DNA of 25,288 nucleotides from an uncultured archaeon. Lineage in GTDB: Archaea > Asgardarchaeota > Lokiarchaeia > Sigyniarchaeales > SOKP01. Both the position numbers and the translations under genes were made by a program. The notes below the pieces were generated by a model. That model saw only the letters and a list, made by a program, of their open reading frames with translations. It was not told the DNA's origin and did not search any database. Position 1 is the stretch's first letter; every line of letters begins with the position of its first letter. Of this stretch, positions 9,374-18,282 are shown piece after piece. Location of the stretch: NCBI GenBank assembly GCA_964525635.1, contig CAZGJX010000065.1, positions 1 to 25,288 of the forward strand. The letters run 5' to 3'.

Positions 9374-9439
9374 TTGATACTAAGAATTATCAATTTTATT
9401 AGAATTTTGTTATGATAATTTTGAAATTTTTTATCATAA
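9374..9439. promoter_or_regulatory. Two related palindromes upstream of the sepS-ribL-ribK run
   Basis: TTGATA-N8-TATCAA (9374-9393) and TTATGATAA-N12-TTATCATAA (9410-9439). AT-rich, so chance is possible. Confidence 0.3.
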
Positions 9440-9559
9440 AAAAAAAGAATACCTATCCTTTAGTAATGATATTAATTTTATAATAAAATAAATTGAAAAT
9501 CAATAAAGTCTCTCATACTTTATCTTTAAATAGAAGAAAATCTCTTTAATAAATAGTGA

Positions 9560-9708
9560 TGATAAATTAGATAACCAATAATGCATCATTATTCTACCGT
9601 AGGGGCTATGGAATGTCAAGCGTTTGGGGAAACTGTAAGACTCAAACAATCCATTGAGCTCGTTTCGATGAATTAAGAATCCAACACCTTTAGGTGGTGG
9701 TAGTTCAA
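9560..9708 (+). mobile_element. IS200/IS605-family right-end remnant with TnpB omega-RNA (reRNA)-like scaffold; tnpB body absent
   Basis: Ends GAATCCAACACCTTTAGGTGGTGGTAGTTCAA: subterminal hairpin 9681-9700 plus TCAA at 9705-9708. Hairpins CCGTAG-ggg-CTATGG and CTCAA..TTGAG. Reads as a TnpB-like tail STVGAMECQAFGETVR..VSMN*ESNTFRWW, preceded by a decayed LD..NASL motif. Locally GC-richer. Confidence 0.8.
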
Positions 9709-9760
9709 AAAAAACATAAACTACAAACTATATTGAAAATTCCATTTATTTTTTTTATTC

Positions 9761-10372
9761 TTATATGTTGTTATTTTTCTCCAATAAATTTGTAAGATTA
9801 TTCATTTGCACCGATAGAGTAATATCTCCACGTGTTTTTTCAATAATATTTCTAGCAACATCCGTTTTATGCCTTAAATCTTTTGTCATTCCACTTGGAT
9901 AATCAAGTGAAAAAAGATATGTATAGAGTTCATCCATTTTTTCTAAAATATCATTAATAACATCTATTCTTGACTTTCTAATATTATCTAATATATATCT
10001 TCTTAATTCACCAATCACATCTGCCAATCCTAGAATATAATGTAATGCATCTACATTAAGATCTATATGTGTTGGAATCTTCTGATTTTGAATAATAGAA
10101 AATAATACAATAGCTTCAGTATATTCTTGTTCTGGTGTTTTTAAATATTTATAAAAATGACCTGGATTTTTAATAATTAAATTTTTCAAAACATCTAATT
10201 CATTTTTAATCTTTAAAATTATGTCCTGATATGATTTATTTTCTTCTCTATGGATTGATTTGATAGCTATACTACAATCCTTTATTATGACTCTTGATTT
10301 TCTTAAGATTTCCTCTCGATCTTCATCTAATTTATCTAATACATCTATAATTTTTGAAAAAATATTCTTCAA
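9761..10372 (-). CDS. Translin/TRAX family protein (archaeal C3PO-like)
   Basis: REEILRKSR, QEYTEA, YILGLADVIGELRR and LRHKTDVAR motifs with acidic catalytic residues. Confidence 0.92.
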   Translation of the reverse strand: MKNIFSKIIDVLDKLDEDREEILRKSRVIIKDCSIAIKSIHREENKSYQDIILKIKNELDVLKNLIIKNPGHFYKYLKTPEQEYTEAIVLFSIIQNQKIPTHIDLNVDALHYILGLADVIGELRRYILDNIRKSRIDVINDILEKMDELYTYLFSLDYPSGMTKDLRHKTDVARNIIEKTRGDITLSVQMNNLTNLLEKNNNI

Positions 10373-10484
10373 TAATATGTTCTCCTCTGTTAAAAAATCT
10401 ATTTTTAGTAATTATTATTTAAAATTCTTAATATTATTAATTATCAAAAAATTATTAGATAAAATTGTATATAATGGGATTATT

Positions 10485-12542
10485 ATGAAAATCTTATTAA
10501 TTCATTCAAAGAATGTCGAAGTTCATAAAAATAAAGAAGCTACGACTAATCCTCAAGAATTTGTTGAAGATATTATTAAAATGGAGGGATTAATCTTAAT
10601 TGCTTTTGTTTCAGTTGAAGATCAAGATACTTATGATATAGATATCATTTCAAAACAAGGAGCTGATGTGATAGAACAAGCTATTCTTTCTATTAATAGA
10701 TTTCCAGATGTTATTCATAAAAAAAATGAAGAAATTAGAGAATATAATGCTAAAATTAAAAAGGGAGATATTAAAGGAAAACCACGAAAAATTAAAGAAC
10801 TGATTTTAGATCAATCAATGTATAGAGTTGATAGTGTGTTGGTTTATCCATGGGCTCACTTAAGTAAATTTCTAAGTAATGATTCAAAAGCTATGAATGT
10901 ATGTCCAAAAATATCTGAATTATTAGAAGAAAGAGGAATAGGAGCAAAATTTTCTCCTTTTGGATGGTATAAATCATTTCAAATAAATTGTCTTGGACAT
11001 GAAATAGCCGAAATGTATAGAGATGTAAAATTATATATTGAGCCAGCAGAACATGTTGCAAGTACTCAATTTAAAGTTATTAATGATAAAGGAGATGAAT
11101 TAGAAATTGAATTTGATGATGATGGAAATTATAAGCAAGTATTAGGAATTAAAAATAAAGATTTTAATTTATTTTTAAAATCTGAGTTAGGTTCCAGAAG
11201 AGTAGATAAAGGAGATGAACCTAAGCATATAAAAGTAATGAAAGAATTTGAATTAGTAGATTTTGAACCAAATACAGATCCCGGTAATTTAAGATGGTAT
11301 ACTAAGGGAGTTATAATGAAAAATTTAATTAAACAATATTTAGAAAATTCGCTCATTGAATTTGGGGCAATTTTAATTGATACTCCTATTATGTATACTG
11401 TAAACAATCATAAATTAACTGCTCAAACTGCTCGATTTCCTGCTAAGACTTATTGGGTGGAATCTGGTAAAAACAGATTTCTATTAAGGTTTGCAGGAGA
11501 TTTTTTACAGTTTGATATGTTTAGTGGAATGAATTTAAAACCTCAATATTTTCCATTAAGAGTGTATGAATGGGAACAATATGACTTTAGAAGAGAACAA
11601 GAAGGAGAATTAACTGGTTTAAGAAGACTACGGGGTTTTGTGATGCCAGACTTCCATACCCTATGTAAAGATTTGAACACATCAATAGTAGAGTTCAAAA
11701 AACAATATGTGTTAGATAAAACTTTAATGGAAGATCTTGGATTAAAATCTTATATTATTTTCAGAACTACTCAAGAATTTTTTAATCAGCATAAAGATTG
11801 GATAATAAAATTAATAAAAAATGAGAAGCAACCTGCTTTAATTGAATTATGGGAGGATAGATACTATTATTTTATTTTAAAATTTGAAAGAGCCGTTCTT
11901 TCAGCTCAAAATAAGAGTGCAACCCTAGCAACCATTCAAATAGATGTAGAGAGTTCATTAGAATATATAGAACAAGAAGGAAAAAAGCGTCAAAAATATA
12001 ATATTTCATTTATAGATACAGATGGAAAGAAAAAACATCCTATTATTTTACATAATGCTCCAGTAGGAGGATTAGAACGAATACTATGGGGATTAATTGA
12101 GACTGCAGAAAGAGAAAAAAATGATAGAATTCCTGGTTTTAAAACGTGGCTTTCACCTATTCAAGTGCGTATCTTACCCGTTGGTAAAGAACAATATAAT
12201 TATGCTGAAGAAGTATTAGACTTAATTAATAAAGAAGGTTATCGGGCAGATCTGGATGATCGAGATGAAAAATTAGGAAAAAAAATCAGAAAATCAGAAA
12301 TTGAATGGATTCCTTATACAATTATAATTGGAAAAAATGAACAAGAAAATCAAACAATTTCAATTCGTAAAAGATTTATTGGTCAAAAATTAGGACCTAA
12401 AAAAATAACTGCCGAGCAAACTAATAATATTAAATTGGGAGAATTATTTGAGATGCTTGAAAAAGAAACTAGAGGATATCCTAAATATAAACTCCCTATC
12501 CCATTTAGAAAATTTTCTAAGAAAATTTACTTCCGAAGATAA
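10485..12542 (+). CDS. thrS: Threonyl-tRNA synthetase, archaeal type with DTD-like N-terminal editing domain
   Basis: MKILLIHS, VYPWAHLS, PFGWYKSF, FRREQEGELTGLRRLRGFVMPDFH, ILH..GGLER, WLSPIQVRILP. True start ATG 10485; the track start at 10260 overlaps the translin gene. Confidence 0.96.
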   Translation: MKILLIHSKNVEVHKNKEATTNPQEFVEDIIKMEGLILIAFVSVEDQDTYDIDIISKQGADVIEQAILSINRFPDVIHKKNEEIREYNAKIKKGDIKGKPRKIKELILDQSMYRVDSVLVYPWAHLSKFLSNDSKAMNVCPKISELLEERGIGAKFSPFGWYKSFQINCLGHEIAEMYRDVKLYIEPAEHVASTQFKVINDKGDELEIEFDDDGNYKQVLGIKNKDFNLFLKSELGSRRVDKGDEPKHIKVMKEFELVDFEPNTDPGNLRWYTKGVIMKNLIKQYLENSLIEFGAILIDTPIMYTVNNHKLTAQTARFPAKTYWVESGKNRFLLRFAGDFLQFDMFSGMNLKPQYFPLRVYEWEQYDFRREQEGELTGLRRLRGFVMPDFHTLCKDLNTSIVEFKKQYVLDKTLMEDLGLKSYIIFRTTQEFFNQHKDWIIKLIKNEKQPALIELWEDRYYYFILKFERAVLSAQNKSATLATIQIDVESSLEYIEQEGKKRQKYNISFIDTDGKKKHPIILHNAPVGGLERILWGLIETAEREKNDRIPGFKTWLSPIQVRILPVGKEQYNYAEEVLDLINKEGYRADLDDRDEKLGKKIRKSEIEWIPYTIIIGKNEQENQTISIRKRFIGQKLGPKKITAEQTNNIKLGELFEMLEKETRGYPKYKLPIPFRKFSKKIYFRR

Positions 12543-12577
12543 TTAAACTAAAGTAGAAGCATTTTAAAATATGTAAA

Positions 12578-13078
12578 TCATAAATGCTCTAAACAAGCCT
12601 TTGCAATGAATTCAAACGCTTTAACTACATTTTTTCCCGTTTTTGCTGAAGTTTCCATATATTCACAATTTAATCGTTTTGCTAAATCTTTTGCTTCTTT
12701 TTCATCTACTTGCCTTTCTAAATCTATTTTATTTCCAATCAATATCATTGGAATATTTTTTTTAACTGATTTTTTTATTGAAGAAATCCATCCAGGAATT
12801 TTTAATAGAGTTTGTGGTTCTGTGACATCATAAATTCCTAATGCTGCATTGCTTCCTTTAAAATAAATTGTACGAAGTTTTGCAAAAGCGTCCTGCCCGC
12901 CTATATCCCATATTAGTAATCTTATCTCATTATCATCAATTTTCAAATCCTTTATAAGAAAATTACTTCCTATAGTCTTTTTGAGGTCGTGAGTGAAATG
13001 ATCTTTGATATATCTTAGAAGAAGAGATGTTTTTCCAACGCTAGCTGGACCAAATAGAGTAATTTTTAATTTATACAT
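12578..13078 (-). CDS. Rab-like small GTPase (Ras superfamily)
   Basis: G1 GPASVGKT, G2 TIGSNF, G3 WDIGGQ, G4 NKID, G5 ETSAK; RabF-like IYFKGS and YDVT; no prenylation tail. Confidence 0.95.
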   Translation of the reverse strand: MYKLKITLFGPASVGKTSLLLRYIKDHFTHDLKKTIGSNFLIKDLKIDDNEIRLLIWDIGGQDAFAKLRTIYFKGSNAALGIYDVTEPQTLLKIPGWISSIKKSVKKNIPMILIGNKIDLERQVDEKEAKDLAKRLNCEYMETSAKTGKNVVKAFEFIAKACLEHL

Positions 13079-13618
13079 TTGCAAAATCTCTTAGCATATA
13101 TTTTATTTTCTAATAATTAGAATTTTTTAAAATGTTAAATGTTGAATAATATTTAATATATATAACTAATCCATATATATATGCATTTATTTTATGAATG
13201 AACTTATCCTTAAGCTAATAAATAATAATCCTAATGGTTTTTATACTTTTCTGTCAAGTTGATAAAAGTGATATAAAATAGTATACCTCATCACATTGAT
13301 TTACACCTTTAACGATATGTTCCTTGAACTTACGGAAAACTGCTGTTATCATTTTCATCAACTGCCTTTCAGTCGGAACATGGTAATTTATGGCTTAATA
13401 AAATCATTAAAAATCTATATCTTATTTAAAAATCTTAATATTTAATTATATATTCTTGTTATGGAGTTTTTTAATGCTAAAATTTTAAAACTTATTAAGT
13501 TTTAAAAATTCATTATAGGTACATTGAAATTAATTCTTCAAATAAAATATTGAAAAATTAAACTTTATTGAAATATTTATTTTTATATTTCCCTAATTGA
13601 AAAAAAAAATTTGAAAAA

Positions 13619-14902
13619 ATGACTGAAAATAGCTCTCAAAAAAAAAAAATAGAGGTAGAAATAAACCAAATAGCATTTTTGGATCCAATTAATCATAAAA
13701 ATTATCCAAATGATGTAAAAAATCATAATATTAAGAAAAGATTGGATTCTATTGATTTTGTAAAAGGTCTAGCTATAGTCATGATTATTCTATCCCATAC
13801 ATCCCAAGAATGGTTGGCAGAAGAATGGTTATTTACATATGGATTCGCCATGGCTTTTTTGGATATATTTGGTCCATCTTTATTTGTATTATTATCTGCT
13901 TTATCAGTCGTTTTTAGTATAAAGAAAAAGGAGCAAATTATTTCTAAGAAAATCATTCGAAATAAAATCCTATTCAGAGGTATAACAATGATGCTTATTG
14001 GAACCTTTTACAATATCGGAAAGATTAGTAGTGAAGTTCCATTCCCACTGAGTTTATGGGGTTGGAATATTATGTTTTTTCTTGGTTTTTCTCAAATAGC
14101 TTCTTATTTTACATTAAAAATAAATAAAATAGGCAGAATTATTATTGGAATTTTTATTATATCCATCAGTCCATTTGTTAGAGATGGAATTTTTGCTGGA
14201 AAAGATTCAAACATTATTTTCACGGTTCTTAACTTTCTTATCACATCGGAAGTTCCACAATTACCAATCCTACCATGGGTTGCAATTTGCTTTATTTCAA
14301 CAGTTTTTGGAGAATATTTACATGAAATGATTTCAAAAGGAACGAAAGATGATCTTTTTAAATTATTCCGTTTGTTTTTAACAAGTGGAATTATTTTTAT
14401 CATCATTGGAATAACTATTGGTTTTAGATTACTTACAGAAGTAGATGTAGAAAGAAAATTATATGAACCTATTGCATGGTTAGAGTTAGCAAATTCACAA
14501 AAATTTATTGAATTTCAATGGCCGGGAATACCTGAATTTTTAATAAGAGGTATGGCATCGAATATGTTTTATTTACTAGGATGGGCATTATTAATTATAT
14601 CTATTAGTATATATTATATTGATATAAAAGGAAAAAGAAATAACATCCATAAAATGTTTTTTTTCTATGGTAAAGTCTCCTTATCTCTTTTCCTACTGAT
14701 GTTTCCATCTATATATTTATTTCATAGAAGTCTAACAGTTTATACCTTTTTTCCCCCATTTTTTGGATTAGTTGGATTATTAGGATTTTTATTGTATATT
14801 TGGCTTGGGTATTTCAAAGGCATTGGAACACCTGAATGGATTTTAGCCAAAGTTAGTGGACTTTCACAGAAAAAAGAATTAAAAAATAAAAATAATTCTT
14901 AA
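13619..14902 (+). CDS. Polytopic membrane acyltransferase-like protein (HGSNAT catalytic domain/DUF1624-like)
   Basis: RLDSIDFVKGLAIVMIILSH signature, PSLFVLLS, PILPW, GKVSL; many hydrophobic segments. Confidence 0.75.
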   Translation: MTENSSQKKKIEVEINQIAFLDPINHKNYPNDVKNHNIKKRLDSIDFVKGLAIVMIILSHTSQEWLAEEWLFTYGFAMAFLDIFGPSLFVLLSALSVVFSIKKKEQIISKKIIRNKILFRGITMMLIGTFYNIGKISSEVPFPLSLWGWNIMFFLGFSQIASYFTLKINKIGRIIIGIFIISISPFVRDGIFAGKDSNIIFTVLNFLITSEVPQLPILPWVAICFISTVFGEYLHEMISKGTKDDLFKLFRLFLTSGIIFIIIGITIGFRLLTEVDVERKLYEPIAWLELANSQKFIEFQWPGIPEFLIRGMASNMFYLLGWALLIISISIYYIDIKGKRNNIHKMFFFYGKVSLSLFLLMFPSIYLFHRSLTVYTFFPPFFGLVGLLGFLLYIWLGYFKGIGTPEWILAKVSGLSQKKELKNKNNS

Positions 14903-14992
14903 TTCAATTCAAATTGATAATTATATATCTATTTTATTCTAATTCTACAATCAAAAAAATCCTGAATTAATTTAAGAAATATATGTATTATT

Positions 14993-16288
14993 TTATCTAA
15001 TTTTAAATTGCAGTTCTAATAAAAAAGATTTTATCTGATTTATCTTATCTATTGATGATTTCATGTTTTCTTCTTTAGTGGCTATAAAACAAGAGAATAA
15101 GTCCTTGTTTAATGAAATTGGTGGGGTAATAAATTCAGGATATTTTTGTATTATTTCTAAAATAAGATCTTCCTTTAATTGCTGATCAGTAAGAGATCCT
15201 TTATAGGATAAATCCAATTTGGTAAAAATTGAATTTTTTTGAATTTTTATTTTTAAATCTTTTAAGTTATTAGATTTGGATTTGGATTTAATAATTAATT
15301 CAGCTATATTCTTATCAATTGTATTTCTTATTCCAATGTAAGATGTAGTTAATCTTGGATTTATTTCTATAAAGAAAAAACCCTTGTTTGTTAATATAAA
15401 GTCAATTCCAAAAAAACCAAAAAAATTTGAGAAATCAACTTTTTTTAATGCTTCTAATATTTCACTCATTATGATCTCATTATTTTTTATAGGTGTAAAT
15501 CCTCCTATATATTCAAATTTATTAAATATATCCTCTTTTTTGATATTCTGGGAATTTATCGATAGTATTTTTGATTTAGCGATTTTATCTTCTTCGGAAA
15601 AATAATTTAACAATGAAATACTCATATCTTTTCCATTTATATATTCCTGAAGTATAAATTCTCTATTAAATTGCAATTTAGATAAATCATATTTAAAAAA
15701 AGAATTAATAATCTTTTTATTCTTAAAATAAAAAATTGATTCAGCACCTACTCCATCATTTGGTTTTACGATTATTGGTGATTTAAGGTTCATATATTTT
15801 TCAATTATTAATTCTTTTAGAGGATATCCATTTTTATTTGGAATTAAGTAGGTTTCTGGAGTACTTAATTTACATTTTTTAAAGAATTTGTATGTATTTA
15901 TTTTTGAGGTTCCTAATTTAATTCCCTCAAGATCAATACTTAAGAGCTTTTTTTTTTTTTTTTTTACTATTTTAGTTAAATTCTTTAATATATTTGAAAA
16001 TTCTGGAGCAATTATAAAACAATATTCGCTCTCTTCAACAAATTGTTTAAATAAAACGTTATAATCTTTTTTATATCCAACAAATTTGACTAAATCCACA
16101 TTTAAAAGGTTGGATAAATAATTAATTCGAAAATCTAATAAAGTAATGATTTTGAAACCTAATTGTTTAAAATCTTCGATTATTGATCTTAACATACTAA
16201 ACCCTTCACTAAATAATGAAGGTGGTATACTTACTTGACTAAAACCCCCGCCTGACACAAATTCAAAGATAAAAATATTTTTAGTCAT
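14993..16288 (-). CDS. ATP-grasp ligase, MfnD (tyramine-glutamate ligase)-like
   Basis: IFIFEFVSGGG...EGFSML, IIAPE, VKPNDGVGA, QEYING, FFGIDF, IEINPRLTTSY. Confidence 0.8.
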   Translation of the reverse strand: MTKNIFIFEFVSGGGFSQVSIPPSLFSEGFSMLRSIIEDFKQLGFKIITLLDFRINYLSNLLNVDLVKFVGYKKDYNVLFKQFVEESEYCFIIAPEFSNILKNLTKIVKKKKKKLLSIDLEGIKLGTSKINTYKFFKKCKLSTPETYLIPNKNGYPLKELIIEKYMNLKSPIIVKPNDGVGAESIFYFKNKKIINSFFKYDLSKLQFNREFILQEYINGKDMSISLLNYFSEEDKIAKSKILSINSQNIKKEDIFNKFEYIGGFTPIKNNEIIMSEILEALKKVDFSNFFGFFGIDFILTNKGFFFIEINPRLTTSYIGIRNTIDKNIAELIIKSKSKSNNLKDLKIKIQKNSIFTKLDLSYKGSLTDQQLKEDLILEIIQKYPEFITPPISLNKDLFSCFIATKEENMKSSIDKINQIKSFLLELQFKIR

Positions 16289-16529
16289 ATTATTTTTAGA
16301 TTCTAACTGTTCATAAGAATTTTTATAAATTATTAGAATAAATCATATAAAAAATTAAAGCATAATGAATGAATTAATTTCTATAAAGTAGAATATATCT
16401 TAAAATGGAACAAAAATAAAATATTCATATAACCTAAATAGAATTCTAATCTTCACCAATTAAATTTAATAAAAAACTATGCATTACTTATTTAATCTAA
16501 ATTTAAAAAAAAAAATAAGAATTATTAAA

Positions 16530-17768
16530 ATGCAGTTTTTTACTGAAGAGGAAACCCTCCAAAGAATTCGTTATTTACATTTTAAAATAAAACATTTGGA
16601 GGAAATCCTGAAAAAACAAGAAGAAAATATAGATTTAGATGATTTAAATTATATTTTAGAATATACCCGAATTCTTAATATTAATTTTGGTCAAAATCAT
16701 CATAAACCTATCCTTCAAAAATTAGATATCACATTGACTTTTTATGATCCAATAAATGATAATAACATTCAAATTATTGATTTAATGTTTGAATGTGCTC
16801 GTGTTTTATGGGTATTAGCAAGATTATATTCTTATCTCTCTGAAAGATATGAAAGTGAGGAAGAATATCAAAATTCAATTATTGCTATGGTTGAAAGTAG
16901 TAAAATTTATAAAGCAGCAGCATATTTTAGTGCTTCTGCATTATATCAGGATGAAATCGGAGAGACATTAGCATCAGAGTATTTAGAATTAAATTCCGAA
17001 GAAGCTAGGATCTTTGCTCAGGGTATTGCTGCTTCTAGAGAAGAAAATAAAAATAATCTCTATTTTGCTTCAAAATTATATGCGGGACTCTCCGCTCTCT
17101 CAAAAAGATTATTCTATCTACGAAAACATGAGGAAAAAAAGAAACAACAAATAAGAGCGCAATTTCATTATGATATGGGGAAAGCTTGCTTCTTAAAGGC
17201 TCAAGCATCAATGGAATCTTCAATAACCATAATAAATCAAGAAAAAGTTACTAAATTAAAACAAAAAGCTAATTTTTATTATAAGAAAGCTGAAGAAATA
17301 TGGGAAAATATGCTAGGAACTTTATCAGATTTGTCACCTGAAGAAAAAGAGACAATCAATGATAATCTTGTTATTGTGAGGGACAATATAAAGCAGAACG
17401 ATGTAGAAAATTTAAAATATGAGGAAGTCAAAAAAATACAAGATCCCGAACCAGTTATTGTAGTTCCAGAAAATCTTGCTCCTTTTGTTCCTAAGTCAAC
17501 TGTTTATCTGACAAAATTTGTTCCTAAAGATGTTAATGAAAAAAGATTCATTAAATTCAAGAAAAAAACACTTGAAAAAAAGATCCCCTATACTAAAAAA
17601 GAAAAATTATTGGATAAAAAAGCAGGTATTCTAAGAACAATAAACGAATTAAAATTATTAAGAGAAAATAATGAAATAGATATGGATAAATATACTGAAT
17701 TAACTGAGAAATATTCAACGAAGATAATTATGATTGATACTGCGATTGGAAAATTAACTAAGAAATAA
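16530..17768 (+). CDS. Alpha-helical protein with Bro1/ALIX-like domain and SHOCT-like C-terminus
   Basis: Collinear motifs LTFYDP, LMFECARVLWVLARLYSYLS, IFAQG, ASKLY, KQND..KYEEV and LTKFVP resemble the Bro1 consensus. ATG 16530 preferred over 16479. Confidence 0.65.
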   Translation: MQFFTEEETLQRIRYLHFKIKHLEEILKKQEENIDLDDLNYILEYTRILNINFGQNHHKPILQKLDITLTFYDPINDNNIQIIDLMFECARVLWVLARLYSYLSERYESEEEYQNSIIAMVESSKIYKAAAYFSASALYQDEIGETLASEYLELNSEEARIFAQGIAASREENKNNLYFASKLYAGLSALSKRLFYLRKHEEKKKQQIRAQFHYDMGKACFLKAQASMESSITIINQEKVTKLKQKANFYYKKAEEIWENMLGTLSDLSPEEKETINDNLVIVRDNIKQNDVENLKYEEVKKIQDPEPVIVVPENLAPFVPKSTVYLTKFVPKDVNEKRFIKFKKKTLEKKIPYTKKEKLLDKKAGILRTINELKLLRENNEIDMDKYTELTEKYSTKIIMIDTAIGKLTKK

Positions 17769-17796
17769 TATTTATCTGATTGTGTAAATTTAATTA

Positions 17797-17810
17797 TTTT
17801 TTTTTTTTTT
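17797..17810 (+). terminator. Poly-T tract, candidate archaeal terminator
   Basis: Run of about 14 T roughly 30 bp after the Bro1-like stop codon. Confidence 0.4.
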
Positions 17811-17942
17811 ATATTCTTTATATCTTCAATATTTAGAGAAATACTGAGAAATTACTTTATAGAAGTCATAATAATACAATAAAAATTGTGTATCAATTAC
17901 TAATGTGCTTTTATTTTTATTATAAGTAACTTTAAGATATAT

Positions 17943-18218
17943 ATGTCAGATACTCTCAAAGTTTTAATGTATTTAAAAAACATGTTTGCTGATATGATCT
18001 ATATCAATGGAATTATTGCTACGGAATTAATTAAAGTCACTGAAAATTTAGTAGCTATTCATAAAGGAGATAATTTCATAAATAATAGTCCCTGTATTCG
18101 CGAACATGAAAATCTAAATCAGAGCATAATAGATATAATAAGAAAATATAAAAATAAAACAGAGGATCTAGAAAGGTTGGAAAAACACGTCCTTATACAT
18201 AATAAGGAAGAGAAATAA
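17943..18218 (+). CDS. Hypothetical protein (91 aa, helical)
   Basis: Clean ATG ORF upstream of prs; no family recognised. Confidence 0.7.
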   Translation: MSDTLKVLMYLKNMFADMIYINGIIATELIKVTENLVAIHKGDNFINNSPCIREHENLNQSIIDIIRKYKNKTEDLERLEKHVLIHNKEEK

Positions 18219-18282
18219 GATTAATAGTTAAAAATTAAATTTTATAAAATCATGATAATAAAACTTATATTGATGATAAAAG

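Noticed and set aside
9595-9708. FMN riboswitch or tRNA upstream of the rib genes
   Set aside because: Lacks the RFN conserved words and a cloverleaf; better explained as an IS200/IS605 end.
10260-10484. 75-aa N-terminal extension of ThrRS
   Set aside because: Overlaps the translin gene and the divergent promoter; the family starts at MKILLIHS (10485).
12578-12600. CaaX prenylation signal on the GTPase (ACLEHL)
   Set aside because: Cys is fifth from the end, within helix 5, and there is no hypervariable tail.
13330-13407. Minus-strand mini-ORF with C-S-D-UGA (CxxU selenoprotein-like)
   Set aside because: Only 25 residues even with read-through; no recognisable fold and no convincing SECIS.
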